Below are positions 47,696 to 56,003 of a stretch of DNA of 64,000 nt, one piece after another. Position numbers and translations under genes: made by a program. The first letter of the stretch is position 1. The number at the start of each line of letters is the position of its first letter. The stretch lies in the sequence record ON568341.1. One strand, given 5' to 3'. The notes beneath the pieces are model-generated. The model was not told where the DNA came from and ran no database searches. It worked only from the letters and a program-made list of their open reading frames with translations.

Positions 47696-48272
47696 ATTAG
47701 TATATTACTATGGTAGTATGTCCAGTGGTAAAAGCACTCATCTTTTACAAAACGCATATAACCATAAGAAAAATGGAATGAAGGTAATTTACTTAACCAG
47801 TGCACTTGATGATCGTTATGGAACCGGAAAGATCACTTCAAGAATTGGTATTGAAGCTGATGCTGAAGTAATTCCAAAAAATGACATTAGTGTTCTTCTT
47901 AAAGTTAAAGAAACACTCAATAATGATGTTGACATTAACAGCATTTATGTTGATGAATGTCAATTTTTAAACAGAGAGCAGATTGACCATTTGGCTGATA
48001 TTGCCGATAATTATGGTGTTGATGTTTCCTGTTATGGTATTCGAACAGATTTTGAATCTAATCTATTTGAAGGTTCCCACCGACTTTTTGAAATAGCTGA
48101 TGATATACATGAACTTAAGAATGTGTGTGAGAATCAGAAGTGTGGGAAAGAAGCTACCATGAATGCACGTATTGTAGACAGTACTGAAAAAGTTTTCATT
48201 GGTGGTAACGAATCCTATAAAAGTTTGTGTAGAAAATGTTATAAAGAATATATGAGGAATAAAAATGGTTGA
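47688..48272 (+). CDS. tk: Thymidine kinase
   Basis: YGSMSSGKST, ITSRIG, VDECQF, YGIRTDF...LFEGS, C...C, YKSLCRKC. Confidence 0.95.
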   Translation: MGKLVYYYGSMSSGKSTHLLQNAYNHKKNGMKVIYLTSALDDRYGTGKITSRIGIEADAEVIPKNDISVLLKVKETLNNDVDINSIYVDECQFLNREQIDHLADIADNYGVDVSCYGIRTDFESNLFEGSHRLFEIADDIHELKNVCENQKCGKEATMNARIVDSTEKVFIGGNESYKSLCRKCYKEYMRNKNG

Positions 48273-48486
48273 TTCATTCATGAAACGAGTTTTAACAGAT
48301 GTTCTATCTGGATTTAAAAAAGCAACTAATATTATTTTCAGTTCAATTGTGATGGTTATTACTGTATTGACATTTTCTCTAGTGTTACATTTTGTGCCAT
48401 TCTGGTTAATCTTTATTGTATTAATTGGTCTTCTATGTGCACATGTTTATCATGTTTACAGTGAAATGTTGGATAATGACGATTAA
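48265..48486 (+). CDS. Small membrane protein
   Basis: Two transmembrane helices. Confidence 0.65.
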   Translation: MVDSFMKRVLTDVLSGFKKATNIIFSSIVMVITVLTFSLVLHFVPFWLIFIVLIGLLCAHVYHVYSEMLDNDD

Positions 48487-48494
48487 ATATATTT

Positions 48495-48518
48495 GACCCC
48501 ACTATGTGGGGTCTTTTT
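48495..48518 (+). terminator. Rho-independent terminator
   Basis: gaccccac/gtggggtc stem and T5. Confidence 0.8.
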
Positions 48519-48531
48519 GAAGGTAAATTTT

Positions 48532-48975
48532 ATGTACATTGAAGTTGAAACATTCAAACGATTTATTGACATTTGTCGTCATACTAATCTTATATATTTG
48601 GGTCCAGGAGCAAACTTCAGAACTTTATCTTCAATTTTAGGATATACTGAACCATCATGCTTATATTGCGATGGGAACATGATTCATCTCACTGATGGTG
48701 ATTACAATGTTCAGTACATTTCTCAATGTGATTTGTATGTATTAAATACTCCAGAATATAATATTATTATTGAAGAACGTACTAAAGATAATTACCCAAC
48801 CCAATATGTAAGTTGGGATAGAACAGATTGCGTATATGCCACTGGTCCAGTACAGAAACCTATGAACTATCCTACTATTCATTTGAATGTTATCCATGAT
48901 GAATTGAAAGATTACTGTAACAGTATTTCAGATTCGGAAACAAAATACTTTCCTATTATATTTTATAAGGTTTAA
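48532..48975 (+). CDS. Hypothetical protein
   Basis: Start moved past the terminator to ATG 48532. Confidence 0.65.
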   Translation: MYIEVETFKRFIDICRHTNLIYLGPGANFRTLSSILGYTEPSCLYCDGNMIHLTDGDYNVQYISQCDLYVLNTPEYNIIIEERTKDNYPTQYVSWDRTDCVYATGPVQKPMNYPTIHLNVIHDELKDYCNSISDSETKYFPIIFYKV

Positions 48976-48977
48976 TT

Positions 48978-49367
48978 ATGAGATGGCGTAAACGACATAC
49001 TAAAAGATTTAATACTATAATTAAGAAATATTATTCCCATAAGTTGGATTCAATGATTCTTCAATTAAGAAGTAGTATTTTTGACAGGCGTTATCCACAG
49101 TGTTTAGAATCGTACAGTAGGAGGCGTTCAAAGAATGAGTATCAAATATATCGTTATGATCTATCTGAATTATTTTTGAATACCCGTGTTTCTGTACCAA
49201 TTAGACTGTATTCAAGGTCTAAACGAAGTAGAATTCAAGATATTACATATGGATATCTCATGCTTGATATTGACGAATTGAATGAAAAAATGGATAGAAA
49301 CTTCAGTGCTTTATGTCTGGAAAACAATAATACCATTAAACATATCATAAAAAATTTGGATAAGTAG
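48978..49367 (+). CDS. Hypothetical basic protein
   Basis: AAGG RBS. Confidence 0.55.
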   Translation: MRWRKRHTKRFNTIIKKYYSHKLDSMILQLRSSIFDRRYPQCLESYSRRRSKNEYQIYRYDLSELFLNTRVSVPIRLYSRSKRSRIQDITYGYLMLDIDELNEKMDRNFSALCLENNNTIKHIIKNLDK

Positions 49368-49384
49368 AAGTTTTAGTGATATAA

Positions 49385-49741
49385 TTGGAGATGAGTATGA
49401 AATATATAGATAAAGGTACAGTGGAGACACAGTACTGGAATATTCATATTGCGGGTGATATTAACACCGCAAGAGAGTACACAAGAAAGTTTGCGTTTAA
49501 AAATGGGTTTTGTGTACAATTGATTCCATGTGAATATATCTATACTGGTGGTCTTGAAAGTGGAATCTGTGCTCGTATTATTCAGTACCCACGCTTTCCT
49601 AAAGAAGAAGTGTACCTAAATCGAGATGTACTAAATTACGCTAAGGGATTAGCTGAAGAGTTGTGTCAGAAGAGTTTCACTATTGAGAGAAATAATGATA
49701 CAATTTATTATGAAAGTGATGACCCTTTACACAAGAAATAA
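49385..49741 (+). CDS. Conserved phage hypothetical protein
   Basis: EYIYTGGLESG...IIQYPRFP. Confidence 0.7.
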   Translation: MEMSMKYIDKGTVETQYWNIHIAGDINTAREYTRKFAFKNGFCVQLIPCEYIYTGGLESGICARIIQYPRFPKEEVYLNRDVLNYAKGLAEELCQKSFTIERNNDTIYYESDDPLHKK

Positions 49742-49752
49742 AAGGAAACTAT

Positions 49753-49884
49753 ATGAATGGACTAAAAAAGTTTGGTAAAGATTTTCTACAGTGCATCAAA
49801 TATACATATGATGCAAATCCAGAAATGACTGCGATTGTAGGTGTATTTATTGCATTAGTTGTATTAAGTTTCATTATGGGGTAA
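49753..49884 (+). CDS. Small membrane peptide (43 aa, not in ORF track)
   Basis: AAGGAA RBS; C-terminal transmembrane helix. Confidence 0.6.
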   Translation: MNGLKKFGKDFLQCIKYTYDANPEMTAIVGVFIALVVLSFIMG

Positions 49885-49887
49885 CAT

Positions 49888-50091
49888 ATGATTGAAATTA
49901 ATGCTGATATCTACTGTAGTGCTTTTCCAAATTACTTCATTTATGCATTAAGTACATTTGGTGAAACAGAAGGTGAGACGTTTGTTTTAGTAGATAATAC
50001 TACTTGGTATAAAACAAGTAATAAAATTTCTGAAGATGTTTTTGAAACATATGTTCGTATTGAAAATAAAAACATATATGTAAATTTATAG
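49888..50091 (+). CDS. Hypothetical protein
   Basis: Packed ORF. Confidence 0.6.
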   Translation: MIEINADIYCSAFPNYFIYALSTFGETEGETFVLVDNTTWYKTSNKISEDVFETYVRIENKNIYVNL

Positions 50092-50098
50092 GTAAAAT

Positions 50099-50509
50099 AT
50101 GATTGAAATGGAAGGCATTCTGGTGTATGATCCAGATCGTGGAGCTATGAAAAAGAAGAAGGATTTCTGGTTAGTCCTACAACTTCCATTACAGTTGGTT
50201 AGATACTACCAGTACTTCATTCGAACTGACTTACATATTGACATTAAAGACCCACAATGGGGTGCACACGTCAGTATTGTTCGTGGGGAAGTGCCACCAA
50301 ATCCAGAGTACTGGAAGAAGTACCATGGTAAAAAAATCAAAATAAAATTTAATCCTGATATCATACAAGTGAAAGACAAAAAGAATCCAGGTTCGTTCTT
50401 TATTATAGAGTTTGATGATGAATTTATTGGTCATATTCGAAATGAATTAGGATTACAATCGAAGTTCTTACGTTATCACATTACAGTTGGTAGAACGTAC
50501 TACGATTAG
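50099..50509 (+). CDS. 2H phosphoesterase-like protein
   Basis: Two Hx(S/T) motifs, AHVSIV and YHITVG, about 70 aa apart. Confidence 0.7.
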   Translation: MIEMEGILVYDPDRGAMKKKKDFWLVLQLPLQLVRYYQYFIRTDLHIDIKDPQWGAHVSIVRGEVPPNPEYWKKYHGKKIKIKFNPDIIQVKDKKNPGSFFIIEFDDEFIGHIRNELGLQSKFLRYHITVGRTYYD

Positions 50510-50527
50510 TTTAGTGGTAAATATATC

Positions 50528-50555
50528 TTGACTGAAAATAAAAATATGCTATAAT
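50528..50555 (+). promoter_or_regulatory. Sigma70 promoter
   Basis: TTGACT-16-TATAAT with TG. Confidence 0.75.
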
Positions 50556-50673
50556 ACTTAAACACTTGAAAATAACGTTTTAGTACTGTAGAAAGTCCGA
50601 TGAGGCTTTTGCAAAATGGCCTCTTTGCCATCTTTGTGATTGCCCCGTCTTAACAATCAACAAAGGAGGCGTT

Positions 50674-51600
50674 TTGAAACAAGCGAAAAAAGCACTGAAA
50701 ACTAAAATTGCCGTAGGCGTATTAGTTTCATCAGCCCTATTCGCTGCTATTGGATTTTATGGTTTTTCACGACATGATCATGTACCATCATTAGACGAAA
50801 GTCAGGTGCATAATTTAAAACCACAGTTTACTCAAATTCAAAAGCAGGAACTTCCAGTGGTGTCAATACCGAAAGAAGTTTCAAGCAGCGAGAAACATTA
50901 TACGGTTCAACCAGGTGATAGTTATTATTCTATTGCTAAAAAGTTTAAGCCTAAAAATGTACAACTTGAAGAGTATGTTATTTTGTTGAAAAATATCAAT
51001 TTAAATGCTACACTTCATACTTCTCAGGGTATCTTTATCCCAACAAAAGAGGATTTGAAAAACATATTATTACCAGATGTGACTGTACTGTTTGATTATA
51101 CTGATCCTGAAATTGTCAATCACATCAAAGAAGCTGAAGGTTCAATTGAATTTCAGTCTAAAAATAAACGCCGTTTACTTGGTGGGCAAGTTGGTGTATC
51201 ATATCGTAATTCTAAATTTTATCCATATCGTGATGTAAAAGGTAACTACACAATTGGGTACGGACATTACCTTGGAAGGAATGCTTCAGATGCAAGTAAA
51301 TATCGCAATGGAATTACTAAATCGCAAGCACATGAACTTTTATTGTCTGATATGGAACGAATTAATAATGATTTAATTTTATTATTGAAGAAAAGAAATG
51401 CAACAAACCTTACGGTTGAACAACAAAGAATTTTATTTGAGATGGCATTTACTTTAGGTGTTGATAAATTAAACACTTTCAACAAACTATGGAAAAGTGT
51501 TGAAAATCAAAATTACAACAAGTTCAAAAAAGAAATTAAGAATTCTCTATGGTATCGACAAGTTGGAAACCGTGCAGAATTGTTGTTAAGTTCACTCTAA
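50674..51600 (+). CDS. Membrane-anchored LysM + T4-lysozyme-like muramidase
   Basis: TTG start after AGGAGG; N-terminal transmembrane helix; LysM YTVQPGDSYYSIAKKF; IKEAEG...YRDVKGNYTIGYGH. Confidence 0.85.
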   Translation: MKQAKKALKTKIAVGVLVSSALFAAIGFYGFSRHDHVPSLDESQVHNLKPQFTQIQKQELPVVSIPKEVSSSEKHYTVQPGDSYYSIAKKFKPKNVQLEEYVILLKNINLNATLHTSQGIFIPTKEDLKNILLPDVTVLFDYTDPEIVNHIKEAEGSIEFQSKNKRRLLGGQVGVSYRNSKFYPYRDVKGNYTIGYGHYLGRNASDASKYRNGITKSQAHELLLSDMERINNDLILLLKKRNATNLTVEQQRILFEMAFTLGVDKLNTFNKLWKSVENQNYNKFKKEIKNSLWYRQVGNRAELLLSSL

Positions 51601-51617
51601 AAAAAGGAAGGTGAAAT

Positions 51618-51950
51618 ATGCTAAATCTAAATATTCAAGGCAACGTTGATATCACTCCAGCAATCCAAGATGCTATTTATAATGAAGCAAAAAGTCTGGA
51701 TAAGTACCGTACTTCTTCAGTACTAGACATTGGTGTTCATGTTAAGAAAGAGCATAAAACTCAATATGCTGTAACTTTAACTGCTGGTAGTAAATCAGTA
51801 ACTGCTGATGATGCTGATTTGTATAAAGCAATTGTTGAATCTTTTGATAAGATGGAAACTGTATTCAGTAAAGACAAAAGCATTAAATTACACCGCCGAA
51901 ACCATCCAGAACACCCCGTTCTTGATGATTTGACAGAAAACGAAGAGTAA
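51618..51950 (+). CDS. hpf: Ribosome hibernation promoting factor (HPF/RaiA family)
   Basis: LNIQGNVDITPAI...DLYKAIVESFDKME matches the HPF pattern (LNITG.NVEIT.AL...DMYAAID...DKL). Confidence 0.8.
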   Translation: MLNLNIQGNVDITPAIQDAIYNEAKSLDKYRTSSVLDIGVHVKKEHKTQYAVTLTAGSKSVTADDADLYKAIVESFDKMETVFSKDKSIKLHRRNHPEHPVLDDLTENEE

Positions 51951-51958
51951 GATAGACT

Positions 51959-51988
51959 AAAGGGACAGATTAATTCTGTCCCTTTTCT
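51959..51988 (+). terminator. Rho-independent terminator
   Basis: aagggacaga/tctgtccctt stem. Confidence 0.85.
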
Positions 51989-52003
51989 TATGGAGTTTTA
52001 ATT

Positions 52004-52399
52004 ATGAATTATTCCTGGATGGAAATTGTAAAATCTCTAATATCAACACATGATATGGACTTACCTGAACACTTAGTTATTAATAGATGGTACTATCCAT
52101 ATCCAGATAACCGTTGTGTTGGGATTGGATTTTTTATTAATGAAAAATCTCAATATATTGGATTAATTGAAGATTATACAAAAACCAACATTGCGTTCTC
52201 AATTGAGTTGAATGTAGATCACATAAAATACTACACTAATAAAATGGACGAAGACGATGGTGATGTTATAATTCCAGCAGAAATAGATGAAGCTTCATTT
52301 TTTCAGTTATCATTAATTCATGATGTATCTGATATTACTTATGATAATGTGAAAGACCTTTTTATATTGTACAATAAACTGTATAATTACTTTTTATAA
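52004..52399 (+). CDS. Hypothetical protein (family C)
   Basis: DEASFFQLSLIHD...Y motif. Confidence 0.7.
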   Translation: MNYSWMEIVKSLISTHDMDLPEHLVINRWYYPYPDNRCVGIGFFINEKSQYIGLIEDYTKTNIAFSIELNVDHIKYYTNKMDEDDGDVIIPAEIDEASFFQLSLIHDVSDITYDNVKDLFILYNKLYNYFL

Positions 52400-52412
52400 C
52401 AGAGGAATTGTA

Positions 52413-52598
52413 ATGGAATATACCATATGTGTAATTGTATGTATCGTAGCCTTACTTGCAGGAGTTGGTGTGATGATTTACTGTGATGCGGAACCCAGTA
52501 CAGAAACAGGAACAACTATTGAACTTAAGCCTGGTGTTAAGGTAAATGATTCATATTGTTACGATCCACATAGTAATAAGTATGTGATTTGTCTATGA
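52413..52598 (+). CDS. Small membrane protein
   Basis: N-terminal transmembrane helix. Confidence 0.65.
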   Translation: MEYTICVIVCIVALLAGVGVMIYCDAEPSTETGTTIELKPGVKVNDSYCYDPHSNKYVICL

Positions 52599-53005
52599 AA
52601 AAGTTTGATATTAAACCTATGATCGATGCTATCGAAATTAAATTAAAAAATACTAAAAAGACAGATAGTACATGTTTGTTCTTTAGCTTAGATAAAATGT
52701 ATTATGAAACACACGTGTCAAGTTATGATAGAACAGGAAATCTCTTCATCCGTACTTATAACATATTTTATAGTGACGATGTTTTTATGATAGATATAAA
52801 TCTGGATGAAAGTATAGTGTTGATGTATATTGAGGATGTTCAATCAACAGAACAACGAAACGGGACTCTTCCTATTGCTGCTACAGAGGAAGAGTTTATG
52901 CAATATCAGTTCATTGATGATACCTTTGGCATTGACTTTGACACATATCAGAGTATAATGAGGGTATACGAACTTTATGAGGATTATGTGATTGGACGTT
53001 ACTAA
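52595..53005 (+). CDS. Hypothetical protein (family C)
   Basis: EEEFMQYQFIDDTFGID. Confidence 0.7.
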   Translation: MKKFDIKPMIDAIEIKLKNTKKTDSTCLFFSLDKMYYETHVSSYDRTGNLFIRTYNIFYSDDVFMIDINLDESIVLMYIEDVQSTEQRNGTLPIAATEEEFMQYQFIDDTFGIDFDTYQSIMRVYELYEDYVIGRY

Positions 53006-53414
53006 AATTTCAAAATTTAATGAAACTTTAAAGTACTTTGCTGAACACGAAATCAGTACTGAAAGACGCGGTTTAATTTCATACAATCCACATCGTGTTC
53101 TGTACACTAATAATTTTCAGGGTACAGTTCGTATTAAATTTCGTAATGCACTCGAAGACAATGATGAATTGTTAATTTTACTACGAAAAAGTAAGATTGA
53201 ATTAACATACGTAACTCACGATATTGAAAGTGAGTTGATGTGGCACACGCTGTCAAAAAAAGAAGGTTCATTGCCAGTTGTTGATAATGGCCCTGAAACA
53301 CTTGATCAGTACATGTTCATTGATGATACATTTGGCATTGACTATTCTGCGTATCAATGTATACTAGCTATATACGAAAAATATTACGACCGTCTACGTG
53401 ACAGATTAATTTAA
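52992..53414 (+). CDS. Hypothetical protein (family C)
   Basis: ETLDQYMFIDDTFGID. Confidence 0.7.
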   Translation: MDVTKISKFNETLKYFAEHEISTERRGLISYNPHRVLYTNNFQGTVRIKFRNALEDNDELLILLRKSKIELTYVTHDIESELMWHTLSKKEGSLPVVDNGPETLDQYMFIDDTFGIDYSAYQCILAIYEKYYDRLRDRLI

Positions 53415-53425
53415 TTGGAGGCATT

Positions 53426-53548
53426 GTGATTACAGTATTAGAAGAGGATTGGGGTGTTTCAGAGCAAGGAACTGACGAATATGAATACCCAGAATATAAG
53501 ACTAAAGGCTTTTGGGAACGTTTTCGTGATTGGTTGATGGGGGAATAA
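53426..53548 (+). CDS. Small acidic peptide (40 aa, not in ORF track)
   Basis: GGAGG RBS, GTG start; stop abuts the cca start. Confidence 0.55.
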   Translation: MITVLEEDWGVSEQGTDEYEYPEYKTKGFWERFRDWLMGE

Positions 53549-53549
53549 T

Positions 53550-54662
53550 ATGAAAAAGTATTTGGTTGGCGGTTACGTCCGTGACCGTTTAATGGGTCTT
53601 CGTGCAAAAGACAAAGATTATGTCATTGTTGGTGCATCCGAATCTGATCTTAAGTACTTGCAAAGTATTGGCTATAAGCAAGTAGGTAAGGATTTCCCAG
53701 TATATCTAAGTCCAGAAGGTAATGAACACGCATTAGCCCGTACTGAGCGTAAAACTGGTACTGGATATGGTGGATTTGAAGTGGATACAAAAGGCGTAAC
53801 ACTAGAACAAGATTTGTATCGCCGTGACCTTACAATAAACAGTATCGCGTATGATCCAGTACTGCAAATTCACATCGACCCATACGGTGGAAAAGCTGAT
53901 ATCAAGAATAAAGTTCTACGCCATGTATCCGAACACTTCAAAGAAGATCCATTGCGTGTATTACGCCTGTGTCGCTTTGCAACGCGTTATTCTGATTTCT
54001 CTATACACGAGACTACTGAAGCACTTGTCATCGATATGGTAGCGTCTGGTGAGCTAAATCATCTTGTTCCAGACCGTGTTTTTGTGGAATTTGAAAAAGC
54101 ACTGTCGGAAGAAAAGCCAGCTAAGTTCCTTAAGACTCTAAGTCATTTTGGTTATTACGAAAATGTGTTTAAAACACCATTGACCAAAAAGAATTTGGAT
54201 CTCATTGATTATATTTCAGATAACTGTACTGATGTATATAAACCATATTTTCTGTGGTCTATTCTTCTAGAAAATGAAGAAGTAAATAATGACTCAGAAA
54301 TTAACGGTGCTATTAAAGTTCCTGTTAAATATGTCAAATTTAGTAATTACATCAAACTTTTCCGTGATGATATCAAAACATTCCGTAAAAAGACCCCAAA
54401 TGAAATGGGACAGTTATTACTGGATATGAATATTAAAAATAATGGAGGTGAAGAATTCCTTTATAAAGTGTTGGAATACTTCATTTTGCGAAAAGAAATT
54501 GATTTAGAACTTGAAGATCTAATTATTAAAGTTTATGATCGTTATACTGATGTTGAATTACCTGATATTCAGCAAATGGTTAAAGATGGTGAACTTGAAA
54601 CGTCAGAAATTCGTGATTTTGTTTGTGAACTCCGATGTGAAGCAATCAAGAAACTATTCTAA
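53550..54662 (+). CDS. cca: tRNA nucleotidyltransferase (CCA-adding, class II)
   Basis: YLVGGYVRD...DKDY, ARTERKTG.GYGGF, DL.RRDLTIN, EDPLRVLR; no HD domain. Confidence 0.93.
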   Translation: MKKYLVGGYVRDRLMGLRAKDKDYVIVGASESDLKYLQSIGYKQVGKDFPVYLSPEGNEHALARTERKTGTGYGGFEVDTKGVTLEQDLYRRDLTINSIAYDPVLQIHIDPYGGKADIKNKVLRHVSEHFKEDPLRVLRLCRFATRYSDFSIHETTEALVIDMVASGELNHLVPDRVFVEFEKALSEEKPAKFLKTLSHFGYYENVFKTPLTKKNLDLIDYISDNCTDVYKPYFLWSILLENEEVNNDSEINGAIKVPVKYVKFSNYIKLFRDDIKTFRKKTPNEMGQLLLDMNIKNNGGEEFLYKVLEYFILRKEIDLELEDLIIKVYDRYTDVELPDIQQMVKDGELETSEIRDFVCELRCEAIKKLF

Positions 54663-54670
54663 AAAACAGT

Positions 54671-54698
54671 GGGACAGAATACCAATAACTGATATAAT
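54671..54698 (+). promoter_or_regulatory. Extended -10 promoter
   Basis: GGGACA-16-TATAAT with TG. Confidence 0.6.
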
Positions 54699-54739
54699 TA
54701 TTAGTATCTGAACATCGATTGATGAAAAAGAGATAAGAT

Positions 54740-55172
54740 ATGCGTTATAGTTGTGGTATAATATTTTATCGTGATGGTCAGATACTTATCGGACATACAA
54801 CACGGACAGAAACATTGGGATTTACCTAAAGGGAAAGCAGAGGGTGAAGAAACATTCAAAGAAGCTGCTGTGCGTGAATGTTTTGAAGAGACAGGATACG
54901 AAATCGATGAAGATGATCTTCTGTTTCTTGGTGATGTATCCTATAGAAAGGGAAAAAGGTTGGTTCTTTTCTTTTATACTGCTAAAGACAAGCCTGTACC
55001 AGATGAATTAGTATGTAAAAGTACATATACTAATAGATATGGTAAGAGTCATCCAGAATTGGATAAGTTCATGTACATTGATGTGCGAGAATGTCAAAAG
55101 TATTTGACTGAACGAATGTGTAACAGTATAATAAAAGCGGTTAAAGCTTTTCAAAGAAATAAAAGGAAATAA
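54740..55172 (+). pseudogene. nudE: NudE-like Nudix hydrolase split by a +1 frameshift near 54803
   Basis: The frame from ATG 54740 gives MRYSCGIIFYRDGQILIGHTT; the adjacent frame continues GQKHWDLPKG...AAVRECFEETG. Confidence 0.7.
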
Positions 55173-55173
55173 T

Positions 55174-55422
55174 ATGAAAGTTAAAATTTATGGTCGCACG
55201 ACTGGTTGTAAATTTTGCGATACTGCAAAAGCTGTATGTGAGCAAAATAAATTTGACATGGAATTTGTAGATATTGTTACTGAAGGTATTGATGGTGCAA
55301 AGCTATCAGAAATTTGTGGTGAGCCAGTACGTCAGGTTCCTCAAATTTTTGTAAATGACATTTATGTACCTGGGGGTTGTACTGGATTTATTGAAGGACT
55401 TAAAGAAGGTCGTTGGAAATAA
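55174..55422 (+). CDS. nrdC: Glutaredoxin
   Basis: GCKFC active site, VPQIFV, GG. Confidence 0.9.
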   Translation: MKVKIYGRTTGCKFCDTAKAVCEQNKFDMEFVDIVTEGIDGAKLSEICGEPVRQVPQIFVNDIYVPGGCTGFIEGLKEGRWK

Positions 55423-55664
55423 TGGATATTGAAAAAGTATCATCTCGTGCAAAACAACTAGCTGACACGTTGGGAGTAGAGTTCAAAATTCCTGATATCA
55501 CCATCGCTAAAGAAAAAGCACAGAATAAAATTAATAAGATGAAAGAATATCTATCTAAACAGGAGCAATATGATTCTGCTGTAGAATTTATTATGAAATC
55601 ATTTAGTAAAGATGATATTTTGGCATTCATCAAATATGTGAAGGTTTCTGGTAACCCTAAATAA
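55422..55664 (+). CDS. Hypothetical protein
   Basis: Coupled ORF. Confidence 0.65.
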   Translation: MDIEKVSSRAKQLADTLGVEFKIPDITIAKEKAQNKINKMKEYLSKQEQYDSAVEFIMKSFSKDDILAFIKYVKVSGNPK

Positions 55665-55709
55665 CAATGAAGAACAAAAGTTCTTCTTAACAATTTGGGA
55701 GATACTATT

Positions 55710-55949
55710 ATGCTCAGTTTTCGTGAACAATTAGCAAAAGGTCAAATTAAGACTCAAGCTCAAACTAATATTCCTAAAAAATCTGCATTTTTGGGAACAA
55801 TTACGGAAGATGGATATTGTGACTATGATGCACCAGAAGATTCATGGTATATTACAAAAGACACAAAACGTAGTAATAGACTTCACAAAAGTACAATAGC
55901 TAGAAAGCATCGAAAAGAATTGAAAAAAATTCGTTTCGGTGAAGAATAA
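55710..55949 (+). CDS. Hypothetical basic protein
   Basis: GGGAG RBS before ATG 55710. Confidence 0.65.
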   Translation: MLSFREQLAKGQIKTQAQTNIPKKSAFLGTITEDGYCDYDAPEDSWYITKDTKRSNRLHKSTIARKHRKELKKIRFGEE

Positions 55950-55962
55950 TAAAATATAAATT

Positions 55963-55992
55963 AAGGACTCTGTGTTTGGAGTCCTTTCTTTT
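55963..55992 (+). terminator. Rho-independent terminator
   Basis: aaggactc/gagtcctt stem. Confidence 0.75.
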
Positions 55993-56003
55993 CGGAGAAC
56001 ATA

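Noticed and set aside
50588-50625. Hammerhead ribozyme or c-di-GMP riboswitch in the lysozyme leader
   Set aside because: CCGATGA-stem resembles the CUGAUGA core, but the required GAAA does not follow stem II, and the c-di-GMP-I consensus elements are absent.
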